DNA from: Candidatus Parcubacteria bacterium | Lineage (GTDB): Bacteria; Patescibacteriota; Patescibacteriia; CAIXNZ01 | Direction: 5' to 3' | DNA length: 64,000 nt | NCBI GenBank assembly: GCA_026395685.1 | Contig: JAPLYG010000016.1 | Span: forward strand, 1,035 to 65,034 | Shown: positions 39,375 to 48,519 of the stretch, in pieces | How the letters are laid out: each line of letters opens with the position of its first letter | Numbering within the stretch: the stretch's first letter is position 1 | The notes under the pieces: generated by a model | Told to the model about the DNA's origin: nothing | Database searches by the model: none | What the model saw: only the letters and a program-made list of their open reading frames with translations | Program-made: the position numbers and the translations under genes

Positions 39375-40424
39375 CTAATAAATTTTATCCATCAAACTAA
39401 TCACCACCCCAATCACCGCCATGACCGTAGCAATCAGCCAAAAACGCATAACAATCTTGCATTCTGGCCAGCCCTGAGCTTCCAAGTGATGATGAATGGG
39501 CGCGGAAATAAAGACTTTACGCTTAAAAAATCTTTTTGAAGTCAATTGAATCGCAGAAGATGAAACTTCAATTACAAATAGAAAACCGATTATCGGTAAT
39601 AATAAAACTGAATTAGTGAGCATAGCCACAATACCCAAGGTTATTCCCAACCCCATGGAGCCGGTATCACCCATATAAAAACGAGCTGGATTGATGTTAA
39701 ACCATAAAAAGGCTAAGAGTGCGCCTACAATTACCCCGCAAAAAGCGGATAAATCATAATTACCCTGCGTAAATGCAATAATGCCAAAAGCGGCAAAAGA
39801 GGAAGCCAAAAGTCCGCCTGCCAAACCATCCAATCCGTCAGTAATATTAACCGCATTTGAAGTAGCTACCATGATAAAAACCGAAACCGGAATGAACCAC
39901 CAGCCAATTTCAAAATTATTAATAAATGGTATGCGAATAACGTCCCAATCAAGTTTAAAATAAAACCAAAAAGCTCCCACCAGGGCAATTACTGTATAAA
40001 TCAGCAATTTATAGCGCATTTGCAAACCTCCGCCTTTGGAGCCTATACCTTTAATATTTAAAATATCATCAACCACACCGACAAGAGCGGCAGCCACTAA
40101 TGCGCCTAAAGGCAAATAAGTTTCTGAACGAGTTAAAAAATTCAATTTATCAAAAATTCCCCAGTCAGTCCACATGGCTAAACCATAAAAAGCCAGAGCC
40201 AAAACTAAAGTTGTTACCCAAATTAAAATCCCGCCCATGGTCGGCGTTCCTGCTTTATGTGCATGTAATTGTGACATGACCGGCGCACCCGATTCAGCTG
40301 GTCGTATATTCTTGCCCCATTTATATTTATACATGAAATGGGTCAAAAGCGGGGTTGATAAAAGTGCAACGATAAAAGCTAAGGCGGTTAAAAATAAAAT
40401 CTTAATGACGCTGAAATTATCCAT
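39375..40424 (-). CDS. mraY: MraY translocase
   Basis: KAGTPTMGG, DD, SNAVNITDGLDGL, MGDTGS, APIHHH. Confidence 0.96.
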   Translation of the reverse strand: MDNFSVIKILFLTALAFIVALLSTPLLTHFMYKYKWGKNIRPAESGAPVMSQLHAHKAGTPTMGGILIWVTTLVLALAFYGLAMWTDWGIFDKLNFLTRSETYLPLGALVAAALVGVVDDILNIKGIGSKGGGLQMRYKLLIYTVIALVGAFWFYFKLDWDVIRIPFINNFEIGWWFIPVSVFIMVATSNAVNITDGLDGLAGGLLASSFAAFGIIAFTQGNYDLSAFCGVIVGALLAFLWFNINPARFYMGDTGSMGLGITLGIVAMLTNSVLLLPIIGFLFVIEVSSSAIQLTSKRFFKRKVFISAPIHHHLEAQGWPECKIVMRFWLIATVMAVIGVVISLMDKIY

Positions 40425-40439
40425 ATTATTAATTTTAAA

Positions 40440-40826
40440 CTAAATATTTAATAAAATCACAAAAATCCCGGCGGCAAATAAAATCAGCTGCAAAGCTGTC
40501 TGGGAGAAAACTAGAAAATGACTGATCATTTTCTCCTGCAGATAAAACAAATAAGCCAAAATATTATTAAAAATCAAAATAAACAAACCGAAGGCGGGAA
40601 TTATCAACGCCTGATACCAAGGTCCGACTTTATCAATGCCAAAATAAACATTATAATGCAGAGCAATCTGGCCCGAATCAGACAAATATGAAAAAGGTGA
40701 CAGCTTAAAATAAAGCGCTCCCCACAAGGTAACATTAATCAATATTCCTATAACCAAATTAATTTTGAACCAAATATCTTCGCGAAACGGATGCTCCAGA
40801 AATTTTGATATGCTATATAGCCACAT
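40440..40826 (-). CDS. Conserved membrane hypothetical (DUF1648-like)
   Basis: IALHYNVYFGID..G.W motif, 3 TM. Confidence 0.7.
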   Translation of the reverse strand: MWLYSISKFLEHPFREDIWFKINLVIGILINVTLWGALYFKLSPFSYLSDSGQIALHYNVYFGIDKVGPWYQALIIPAFGLFILIFNNILAYLFYLQEKMISHFLVFSQTALQLILFAAGIFVILLNI

Positions 40827-40954
40827 GGATTTAAGTCTAAAGTTAAAAGTCTAAAGTCTAAAGTTGTGAGAATTTACTTTATTTTAGCACAATACCTCTA
40901 AAAATAAAAGTCCCGATTTCCCAGAGTTCTTATTTGTATTCTAAATATTTTTAC

Positions 40955-42214
40955 TCAATTTTTTCGTTTTAAGGGCGACATTTCACGCAGCCTTTTTACA
41001 ATAGCCGGCAAAACTTCGATTACCCTGTCAATTTCCTTGGCAGTAGTTCCCTTGCCCAGGGTAAAGCGCAAAGATGCGTGGCAATCTTCAGCCGGAATAT
41101 CCATGGCGCGTAAAACATGAGAGGGTTCCAAGGAGCCGGAAGCGCAGGCTGAACCAGTAGAAACCGCAATACCTTCCAAATCAAGCATCAAAAGCATACT
41201 CTCCCCTTCAGCACCTAAAAAGCTGATATTCGCATTGCCTGGTACGCGTTTTTCCAAATTACCGTTAATTTGAGTATCGGGAATTTTCTTCGTTAAACCC
41301 GCAATCAATTTATCCCTTAATTTTCCAATTTTATCGTTTATTTCTGTTTGCTCTTTATTTACCAATTCTATTGCCACGCCCAAACCGACAATTCCAGCGA
41401 CATTATAAGTCCCCGGCCTGATATTATATTCCTGATGTCCACCAAAAATAATGGACTTAATCGGCGTGCCTTCTTTGATGTACAAAGCTCCAATTCCTTT
41501 GGGTCCGTAAATTTTATGTCCGGAAATTGTAATAAAATCAGTTTTTAAATAATCCGCCTTCATCGGGCAATAATTAACCGCCTGCACTGCATCAGTGTGA
41601 AAATAAATCTTATCATACAAATCCTTCGGACTTCGTACTTCGGACTTCGGCCTTCGTTTTAAGTTCGCCTTTTCAACAATTTCCCCGATTTTACGGATGG
41701 GCTGAATCGTTCCGATCTCATTATTAACATACATAATGGAAACCAAAATCGTATTGTCTTTAATTGCTTCTTTTATTTCATTTATTTTAACAACCCCATT
41801 AGAATCAACATTAACGAAAGTCACTTCAGCTAATCCTTCTTTTACCAATTCCTGACAAACCTCCAAAATTGCCGGGTGTTCAATTTTTGAAGTAATAATA
41901 TGAAATTTCTTGTCCTCCGGAGCTTTAGCGGAGGAGGATTCTTTTTTAGCGTTGCGAAATGCCATGAGCAAGCCGCGCAAGACCAGATTATTGCTTTCAG
42001 TCGCTCCGGAAGTAAAAATTACCTCCTTGAACTTGCAGCCAAAAAGATTAGCCAGCTGTTCCCTGGCCCAATCAACACCTTTAATCGCTTCTTGACCAAA
42101 GGAATGCAATGAGGACGCATTACCAAAAATATCAGTAAGATATGGCTGCATTTTTTTTAGAACTTGCGGATCAAGCGGCGTAGTCGCAGAATGATCCAAA
42201 TATATCTTTTCCAT
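40955..42214 (-). CDS. iscS: Cysteine desulfurase IscS/NifS with two repeat-derived in-frame insertions
   Basis: YLDHSATT, FTSGATESNN, HTDAVQ, SGHKIYGPKG, STGSAC. Confidence 0.95.
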   Translation of the reverse strand: MEKIYLDHSATTPLDPQVLKKMQPYLTDIFGNASSLHSFGQEAIKGVDWAREQLANLFGCKFKEVIFTSGATESNNLVLRGLLMAFRNAKKESSSAKAPEDKKFHIITSKIEHPAILEVCQELVKEGLAEVTFVNVDSNGVVKINEIKEAIKDNTILVSIMYVNNEIGTIQPIRKIGEIVEKANLKRRPKSEVRSPKDLYDKIYFHTDAVQAVNYCPMKADYLKTDFITISGHKIYGPKGIGALYIKEGTPIKSIIFGGHQEYNIRPGTYNVAGIVGLGVAIELVNKEQTEINDKIGKLRDKLIAGLTKKIPDTQINGNLEKRVPGNANISFLGAEGESMLLMLDLEGIAVSTGSACASGSLEPSHVLRAMDIPAEDCHASLRFTLGKGTTAKEIDRVIEVLPAIVKRLREMSPLKRKN

Positions 42215-42335
42215 ATTAGTTTATTAGTTAATTGGTTAATCAGTTTATTAGTCAAGCAACCTTATACAACTTTATAAAACCTAATACAACCTCATATAAC
42301 TTCCTTTTTCATACTTCGGCCTTCATCCTTAGGCC

Positions 42336-42560
42336 TTAAACCGCAATCACCTCTTTGACGCCTTTAACCTCTTTTTTAATCTGAGCCTCAATCCCCATCT
42401 TCAAAGTCATCTGCGACATGGGACAGTGAGCGCAGTGGCCGAGCAATTTAACTTTCACAATCCCCTTTTTTTCATCAACATCAACCAACTCCACATCCCC
42501 TCCATCCATCTGAAGTCCCGGCCTGACTTCTTCTAAAATTTTCTCAATTTGTTTTTTCAT
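42336..42560 (-). CDS. NifU/Nfu-domain Fe-S carrier
   Basis: VRPGLQMDGGDVEL, G.CAHCPMS. Confidence 0.92.
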   Translation of the reverse strand: MKKQIEKILEEVRPGLQMDGGDVELVDVDEKKGIVKVKLLGHCAHCPMSQMTLKMGIEAQIKKEVKGVKEVIAV

Positions 42561-42572
42561 AATGTTGTATTA

Positions 42573-43153
42573 TTACAGGGGACTTTAGTCCCCGTTTGAT
42601 TTATTTAATATTTATATTTTTCAACAGGCAAATTCAATTCCCAATTTAAATTTTTCACATTTCCAATAATTTCCAAGATTGATTTTTTCTCATATTTCGT
42701 TAACAAATTATTATAATTTGAATACTCATATTTATTTAGATCATAAATATCCTCAACCAATCCATGTTTCCAGGGGTTCCCCAGTATATACCCCATAACC
42801 TTATAATATGCTTCCTGATTAAAAACATTACTAATATAATAACTATCCCAAATTGGTTTTGATATATTTTCCAGTAAAAAAGAAACACCACCATTAATCT
42901 TTTGAATAATTTTTGGCACATCCTTACCAGTCTTTAAGTAAAAAAGAATATGGTAATGATTCCTTAAAATACAATAAGAGTCATAAGAAAAATCATAAAT
43001 TGATTGCATTGATAAAATTTTTCCCAAAAGAAGCTTCCTATTATCTTCATTCTCAAAACAATTCAGACCATCAATAGTTCTACTTGTTAAAAAATAATAG
43101 TTATAGTCAAGATAGAATTTCATATTGTCTTACGCAGACTAAAGTCTGCTATA
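42573..43153 (-). mobile_element. RAYT-like Y1 transposase cassette with inverted REP ends
   Basis: REPs GGGGACTTTAGTCCCC (42578-42593) and GCAGACTAAAGTCTGC (43134-43149) flank the ORF. Confidence 0.75.
42605..43123 (-). CDS. REP-associated tyrosine (Y1 HUH) transposase
   Basis: YFLT, NHYH (HUH), IW, YI.GNPWKHGLV, Y.YS; very AT-rich. Confidence 0.85.
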   Translation of the reverse strand: MKFYLDYNYYFLTSRTIDGLNCFENEDNRKLLLGKILSMQSIYDFSYDSYCILRNHYHILFYLKTGKDVPKIIQKINGGVSFLLENISKPIWDSYYISNVFNQEAYYKVMGYILGNPWKHGLVEDIYDLNKYEYSNYNNLLTKYEKKSILEIIGNVKNLNWELNLPVEKYKY

Positions 43154-43163
43154 ATAATTCATA

Positions 43164-43586
43164 TTAACAGTGCGCATGTTCCTCTTCTTCCAATTTTTCC
43201 GTAAAAGTCTCCCCGCGATAATCAGCCACGGCTTTTTTCAGTCCAGCTGCCGCCAAAACAGAACAGTGAATTTTTTCTTTGGGCATACCGCCAAGCTTTT
43301 CCGCAATCTGCTCGCGGGTAATTTTTAAAGCCTCTTCAATTGTTTTACCTTTTGCCATTTCAGTCAGCATCGAAGATGAGGCAATGGCAGCGCCGCAGCC
43401 TAGAGTTTGGAATTTAATGTCTTTGATAATTTCTTCGCCTTTCTCGTTTTTATCAACCTCAATATAAATCTTCATCATATCACCGCAGACAGGATTACCT
43501 ACTTCGCCCACGCCATCAGGACTTGCTAATTCGCCCTGATTGCGCGGATTTTTGAAATGGTCCATTAAAATTTGAGTGTATTGCAT
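43164..43586 (-). CDS. iscU: Fe-S scaffold IscU/NifU-N
   Basis: DHF.NPRN.G, GNPVCGD, GCGAAIASSS, KIHCS. Confidence 0.95.
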   Translation of the reverse strand: MQYTQILMDHFKNPRNQGELASPDGVGEVGNPVCGDMMKIYIEVDKNEKGEEIIKDIKFQTLGCGAAIASSSMLTEMAKGKTIEEALKITREQIAEKLGGMPKEKIHCSVLAAAGLKKAVADYRGETFTEKLEEEEHAHC

Positions 43587-43674
43587 ATTTTTTAAGGCCG
43601 AGGTCTCAAGGATGAAGTCTGGATTATTTTATAATCTTCAAATTACTTCATACTTCGTACTTCGTGCTTCATAC

Positions 43675-44076
43675 TTATTTAATTAAATCGCTTAATTTAA
43701 TTGAATTCAAAGTTTTACTAATGCCCTGATCCAGCTTTTGCCACACAATCTTACTCTGGCAATCACATCCTTTTTTTGCGCATAAACCGCCGATCCCGGC
43801 GCAAACATATGGGGCCAAACTACCTTCTAACGCTGTAAGAATATCCTTTACTGAAATCCTTAGCGCAGGCTTGGCTAATTTATATCCGCCGTTAACGCCT
43901 TTAACACTCACCACTATCTTGGCCCTTTTCAATTTGGCAAAAAGACGCTCCAAATAAGCCAAAGAGATTTTTTCTTCCTTGGCAATTTTAGCTAGTGAAT
44001 AAGGCACATTTCCCTGATTTTTCGACAAATTTACCAATGCCCTTAATCCGTATTCAGATTTTGTGGAAAACATCAT
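43675..44076 (-). CDS. iscR: Rrf2-family regulator (IscR-like)
   Basis: STKSEYGLRA, YLERLF..L, G..GGY.L, Cys cluster; ATG 44076. Confidence 0.85.
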   Translation of the reverse strand: MMFSTKSEYGLRALVNLSKNQGNVPYSLAKIAKEEKISLAYLERLFAKLKRAKIVVSVKGVNGGYKLAKPALRISVKDILTALEGSLAPYVCAGIGGLCAKKGCDCQSKIVWQKLDQGISKTLNSIKLSDLIK

Positions 44077-44111
44077 ATCTTTCGGCCTTTGGACTTCATC
44101 CTTCGGCCTTA

Positions 44112-44167
44112 ATTCCAACCAATTTAGTTGGTATTCATATTATATCCGCTTATAACCAGATAGTCAA
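44112..44167 (-). promoter_or_regulatory. isc promoter TTGACT-N17-TATAAT with Rrf2-type operator
   Basis: Inverted repeat ATTCCAAC-N7-GTTGGTAT (44112-44134) at the transcription start. Confidence 0.7.
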
Positions 44168-44176
44168 GCCAACTTA

Positions 44177-44205
44177 TTGACAGCCATTTCAAAATCTGTT
44201 AAACT
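44177..44205 (+). promoter_or_regulatory. rpmA promoter TTGACA-N17-TAAACT
   Basis: Consensus match, divergent from the isc promoter. Confidence 0.65.
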
Positions 44206-44307
44206 ATTTTTATAAAATATTAAGGTGCAGAGGCAGTTTACGGCAGACGCTTTACCGTCAGACGAAACAGCCATCAAAACCTTTTAACAATTAATGATCT
44301 AAAAGAT

Positions 44308-44592
44308 ATGTCACATAAAAAAGCAGGTGGTAGTTCCGCCAATGGACGGGATTCAAATTCCCAAAGACTGGGCGTAAAACGCTACGAAGGTCAGCTTGTC
44401 ACTGCAGGAAATATTCTGGTTCGACAAAGAGGCGTGGCAATCAGACCCGGACAAAATGTAATGAAAGGCAAAGACGATACTCTCTTTACTATAATTGACG
44501 GCATTGTTAAATTTACTGAACGCAAAGTGCGCAGATTTAATAACCATCTATTAAAAGCAAAATTTGTCAGTGTTTTACCGGTAAAAAAATAA
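44308..44592 (+). CDS. rpmA: 50S ribosomal protein L27
   Basis: [28 protein letters not shown]. Confidence 0.97.
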   Translation: MSHKKAGGSSANGRDSNSQRLGVKRYEGQLVTAGNILVRQRGVAIRPGQNVMKGKDDTLFTIIDGIVKFTERKVRRFNNHLLKAKFVSVLPVKK

Positions 44593-44653
44593 TATCGTAA
44601 TATAAAAGAACGACGCAGCCAATGTGTCGTTCTTTTTATTTGTAATAATTCTT

Positions 44654-45328
44654 TTATTCTAACAGAGGTGATGTCAGATCATTAATTTCCGCTGTTTCGG
44701 GGATTTTAAACATAATATCTTCTATCCGGTTAAAATTAAATTTCTCATAAGTTGTTATGCTTTTGCCGTCAGTTGTTTCAGCTTCAACCTTGACTGGCAA
44801 ACCATACTTTTGCCAAAGCCAGACTCTAGTTAAGTATGCTCCATCTTTATATTGCACAAGCAAACAATTTATATTATCAACGACTTCTTTGCCCACGATT
44901 TCCAAATTATATTTTTCCAGCCCAGCTGCCAAATCCATTGCTGTTGCATCTGCCCGAGCCCCCAAGCTCAAGATCATTTTGTCGGCTGTATTATTTTCAG
45001 GATTGTAAAGATAAAAAATATTATTTTCCTGGTCAGAAATCGAAATCGTCTTTTTCCCGTTTTTTTCTTTCTCTATCCTAATCTTTTCTTTATTTTGCCA
45101 ATATTTTCCCTTAGACACCTGCCCGTTTTCAGTTTGAACGTTAAAATCATAATAAATATTTTTTATATTTTTTGCCCGGCTAATTAATTCCTCAACCTTA
45201 TCTGTTTCTGTAAGCTCTGATGTCTTGATTACTAATTTTGAATCGCCATCCTGTACATAAACCTTCTTACAGGCGCTTAAACTGACAACAATCAAAAGAC
45301 ACAAAATTAGAAATAAATACTTCTTCAT
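44654..45328 (-). CDS. Lipoprotein, LolA-like/DUF4412-like fold
   Basis: Lipobox LSAC; G.E.VD...C, W.W..YGLPVKVE, F.IP. Confidence 0.7.
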   Translation of the reverse strand: MKKYLFLILCLLIVVSLSACKKVYVQDGDSKLVIKTSELTETDKVEELISRAKNIKNIYYDFNVQTENGQVSKGKYWQNKEKIRIEKEKNGKKTISISDQENNIFYLYNPENNTADKMILSLGARADATAMDLAAGLEKYNLEIVGKEVVDNINCLLVQYKDGAYLTRVWLWQKYGLPVKVEAETTDGKSITTYEKFNFNRIEDIMFKIPETAEINDLTSPLLE

Positions 45329-45370
45329 ATCTATACTTTATAATTAATCATAAAAATAAAAGCCTGTAAT

Positions 45371-46219
45371 TTATTGAATAGTATATTCGACTTTTGACTG
45401 CTGACCATCAGACAAAATGATGACTATCGAGTATTTGCCAACTGGCCAACTTGTAACCGGCTTAGAAAATGAAAAATTTGAAATAATATCTCCGCCCTGT
45501 TTAACCTCATCAGTTACCGGCCCGACCTGATCTCCGGTTGGCAAATAAGTCATTACAGCCTCAATCAGTAAACCGGGCGTTGTTTTGGTAATATATGCTG
45601 AAACCAGTATTTTCTCGGTCTCGGGCGCAAAAACGTCTTTTGACTGACTAACTACTCCACGCTGATCAACTTTATCACCCACTTTAACTTCCATTATTTT
45701 CGTCTCCTTGCCAGACAATTCAGGATTTAGCTGTAAAATATCGGCGTTCAACAAACTCTCTATCTGCGGAAAAGAAAATCCCTGTTTTTCCTGAGCTGGC
45801 TCCATATTAATAGCAGAAATTTTCCATTCCTTTCCTTCCCTAATAAAACTGAATTCAACTGTTTTACTCAAGCCGTTATTGGAATTTAAATTAACCACCA
45901 ATAATCCGGTGTCTTTGGTAATTTTTCTTTTGGTAACCGCATAATGGTTATAATTGGCTAGCACGGGATACTGCTCAATAAAAGCCTTGAACTGGTCCAA
46001 AGAAGTAGCTTTTTGAAAATCTTGTGCTGTCAAACTGTAGGCATTGGCAAAATCCTTATTTTTTATAAATTCTAATTGCTTGGCTGTTACATTCTCCAAC
46101 GCAGCTGAAGCCCAATACAATACTAATCCGCTAAGGAGAATAAACCCCACCAAAAATGCCAGAATTTGCAACGTCAAGATTAATTTTTTATTGGAAAAAA
46201 TTTGGAAAATTTGAGTCAT
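45371..46219 (-). CDS. Membrane-anchored protein (DUF4864-like plus Ig-like domain)
   Basis: QL..I...DF..AY.L...DFQ..TS.DQF..F, WKI. Confidence 0.65.
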   Translation of the reverse strand: MTQIFQIFSNKKLILTLQILAFLVGFILLSGLVLYWASAALENVTAKQLEFIKNKDFANAYSLTAQDFQKATSLDQFKAFIEQYPVLANYNHYAVTKRKITKDTGLLVVNLNSNNGLSKTVEFSFIREGKEWKISAINMEPAQEKQGFSFPQIESLLNADILQLNPELSGKETKIMEVKVGDKVDQRGVVSQSKDVFAPETEKILVSAYITKTTPGLLIEAVMTYLPTGDQVGPVTDEVKQGGDIISNFSFSKPVTSWPVGKYSIVIILSDGQQSKVEYTIQ

Positions 46220-46233
46220 AACTATAATATTTT

Positions 46234-48321
46234 TTACTGGACAGAATAAAATTCAAAATCATTTACCTTTTCCCAGTCGCGCTCATTCAAGACAGTAATT
46301 TTCTCATTGCTGATTATATATAAATAATCATTTAAATATAAAGCGCGTTTAACCCCCTGATCACTGACAGCTTTAACCAGCTTCAGTTGGTCATTTTTAT
46401 AGGAAAAGACATACCCGCCCTTGCCGCCTGGCAGGAAAAAGACCTCATACTTGGAATCCATTAAAAAGGCGTGATGATTCGTTACTGCCTCTGACCAATA
46501 TTCCTCCAGCAGATATTTTGCCAATTCTTTGGGATCAGACGGATTGGAAACATCAAAAATGGCGACTTTAACCTTATTATTTTCCTCGCCAATGCCGATA
46601 ATCTTATCTTTATTAATCGGGTGCAGATAGCCTGAATAGCCGGGGATCTTTAGTTCACCTTTTAATTCCGGCTTTTTGGGATTTGATAAATCAATCACAT
46701 AAAAAGGATCGGTCTGGCGAAAAGTAACCACATAACCTTTATCTTCAATAAATCTGGCTGAATATATCCTTTCTGTTAAGCCCAGATCCAAAACTGAACC
46801 GATAACCTTTAAATCCTTATCTAAAACATAAACATCATTGGCGCTTTCACTCGTACCGCCGCCAACCATGCCGAACCAGGATTGGCCGACTGTTGTGGCC
46901 ACGCGCAGATTGCCATTATATTCATCGAGGCTGAACTGATTCAGCGGTTTTCCCGGCACACTGCCATTGGCAGTAATTTTAAAACCATCTATCGCGATTT
47001 TAAAAATGCCTGATTGTTCCAGTTCCCGGCGATGTGCCTTGCCATAAGTTTGCATTCTATTAGTCATTTCATTTTCCAAAAGCATGCGGTCATCATCGTT
47101 AAGTGAACTGATCCAACGCTCCATAACAGTGTTTAATTCCGCCATTTTAGCCTGAGAACCCAAATCATAAGTTTGTAATTTCTGTAATTTATCAGTCACC
47201 CAGCTAGGTACTATGTCGGAATTTTCCTTGAAAAAATTAAACAAATATCTGACCATGTCCCCCGGATAATAATAAGTGACAAAAATATTGTCCTTAGACA
47301 CATAGATGATTGACTGAGAATTTGACCCGACAAAAGATACAGTTTTTTCTACTTTTCCATCAGCAGGATTTATGGCCATGACCGTAAAAGTTGCATCTGT
47401 CGGCACAATTACTTCGGGATGATAAATATCGGTACAGCTGATAGACACCCCGCTACCGTCAATTTTAAGAGGTTCATATGGACAAGGCTGGTCATATTTA
47501 ATATTATTTCTGGTAATCACATATATTTTGTCCTGATACAGCCGGCTGGTTAAAATATAGCTGTTATCACCCGCTTCTGCGGTCCATTTAACCGCTGGCT
47601 TTGCTTTGTCGGAAATATCATAGCCGTAAATTTTCCTGTTATCATCGCTAAAAACCGTTAAAATATTATTTTTTAAAAGCATTGAGCCGTTAATTTCCAA
47701 TTCTGAATCAAGCTTTAAATCAGCCGGCGGATAAGCCTTAACCAGTTTTATTCCGTTTTTAATTTCACGGGATATCGGAGGTACCGGAGCAATTTCAGTG
47801 TTTACATCTGGTGCAAACTCGATCATTGGTACTGATACCGGGATTTGCCTATAGGGCTGAAACCAGCGATCACCGGAAAAATATATTTCTTTGCCGTCAG
47901 TTTTGACAATATCAGGCTCATCAATGCCGCTAACCTGGACATTGGTCTCGGAAACTCTGTCTGCGCCAATACTGCCGGTAGACAACCCGGTGCTTTCACT
48001 AAATGAGCCCAAATCATCCAAGGCAAATTCTCCCCCACTATTTGAAGCTGGAGAAGTAAATTCACGTATTACAGTACTACTATATCCTGTCTGAGACGAG
48101 ACGCTTGCTTCTTCCAGATATTTTTTAAATTCATCATTAGAGGTAAATTTTTTAATGCCCTTTAACTGGCCGGATAAATCATTTTGACTGTTTAGATTTA
48201 AAAAACTGAAGTTCTGCTGATTGTTGTTTTTATAATTTAAAACAAAATACAGCAAAGCGCCATTTATTACTACCAAAAGCAGAATAATCACAATAAATAA
48301 AATCTTTAAATTTTTGTTCAT
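46234..48321 (-). CDS. Secreted beta-propeller domain protein
   Basis: TNVQV.G.DEPDIVKTDG, LNQFSLDE, ERIYSARF, TFRQTDP, GELKIPG.S.YLHP. Confidence 0.9.
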   Translation of the reverse strand: MNKNLKILFIVIILLLVVINGALLYFVLNYKNNNQQNFSFLNLNSQNDLSGQLKGIKKFTSNDEFKKYLEEASVSSQTGYSSTVIREFTSPASNSGGEFALDDLGSFSESTGLSTGSIGADRVSETNVQVSGIDEPDIVKTDGKEIYFSGDRWFQPYRQIPVSVPMIEFAPDVNTEIAPVPPISREIKNGIKLVKAYPPADLKLDSELEINGSMLLKNNILTVFSDDNRKIYGYDISDKAKPAVKWTAEAGDNSYILTSRLYQDKIYVITRNNIKYDQPCPYEPLKIDGSGVSISCTDIYHPEVIVPTDATFTVMAINPADGKVEKTVSFVGSNSQSIIYVSKDNIFVTYYYPGDMVRYLFNFFKENSDIVPSWVTDKLQKLQTYDLGSQAKMAELNTVMERWISSLNDDDRMLLENEMTNRMQTYGKAHRRELEQSGIFKIAIDGFKITANGSVPGKPLNQFSLDEYNGNLRVATTVGQSWFGMVGGGTSESANDVYVLDKDLKVIGSVLDLGLTERIYSARFIEDKGYVVTFRQTDPFYVIDLSNPKKPELKGELKIPGYSGYLHPINKDKIIGIGEENNKVKVAIFDVSNPSDPKELAKYLLEEYWSEAVTNHHAFLMDSKYEVFFLPGGKGGYVFSYKNDQLKLVKAVSDQGVKRALYLNDYLYIISNEKITVLNERDWEKVNDFEFYSVQ

Positions 48322-48519
48322 AGTCCTAATTATTAATTAAATATCTTATATTATTAATCCACGAGAAAGGCACCTTAAGGTAACATTAAGCTGAATATAT
48401 TATATCATTTTTCTTTAACAATAAAAAAAGGTTATACACCGCTACAAAATTGCCGCAAACAAAAAATCACGAAAGCGCTTGGACATTTCGTGATTTTTAA
48501 TTTGAATTAAAGAGTATTT

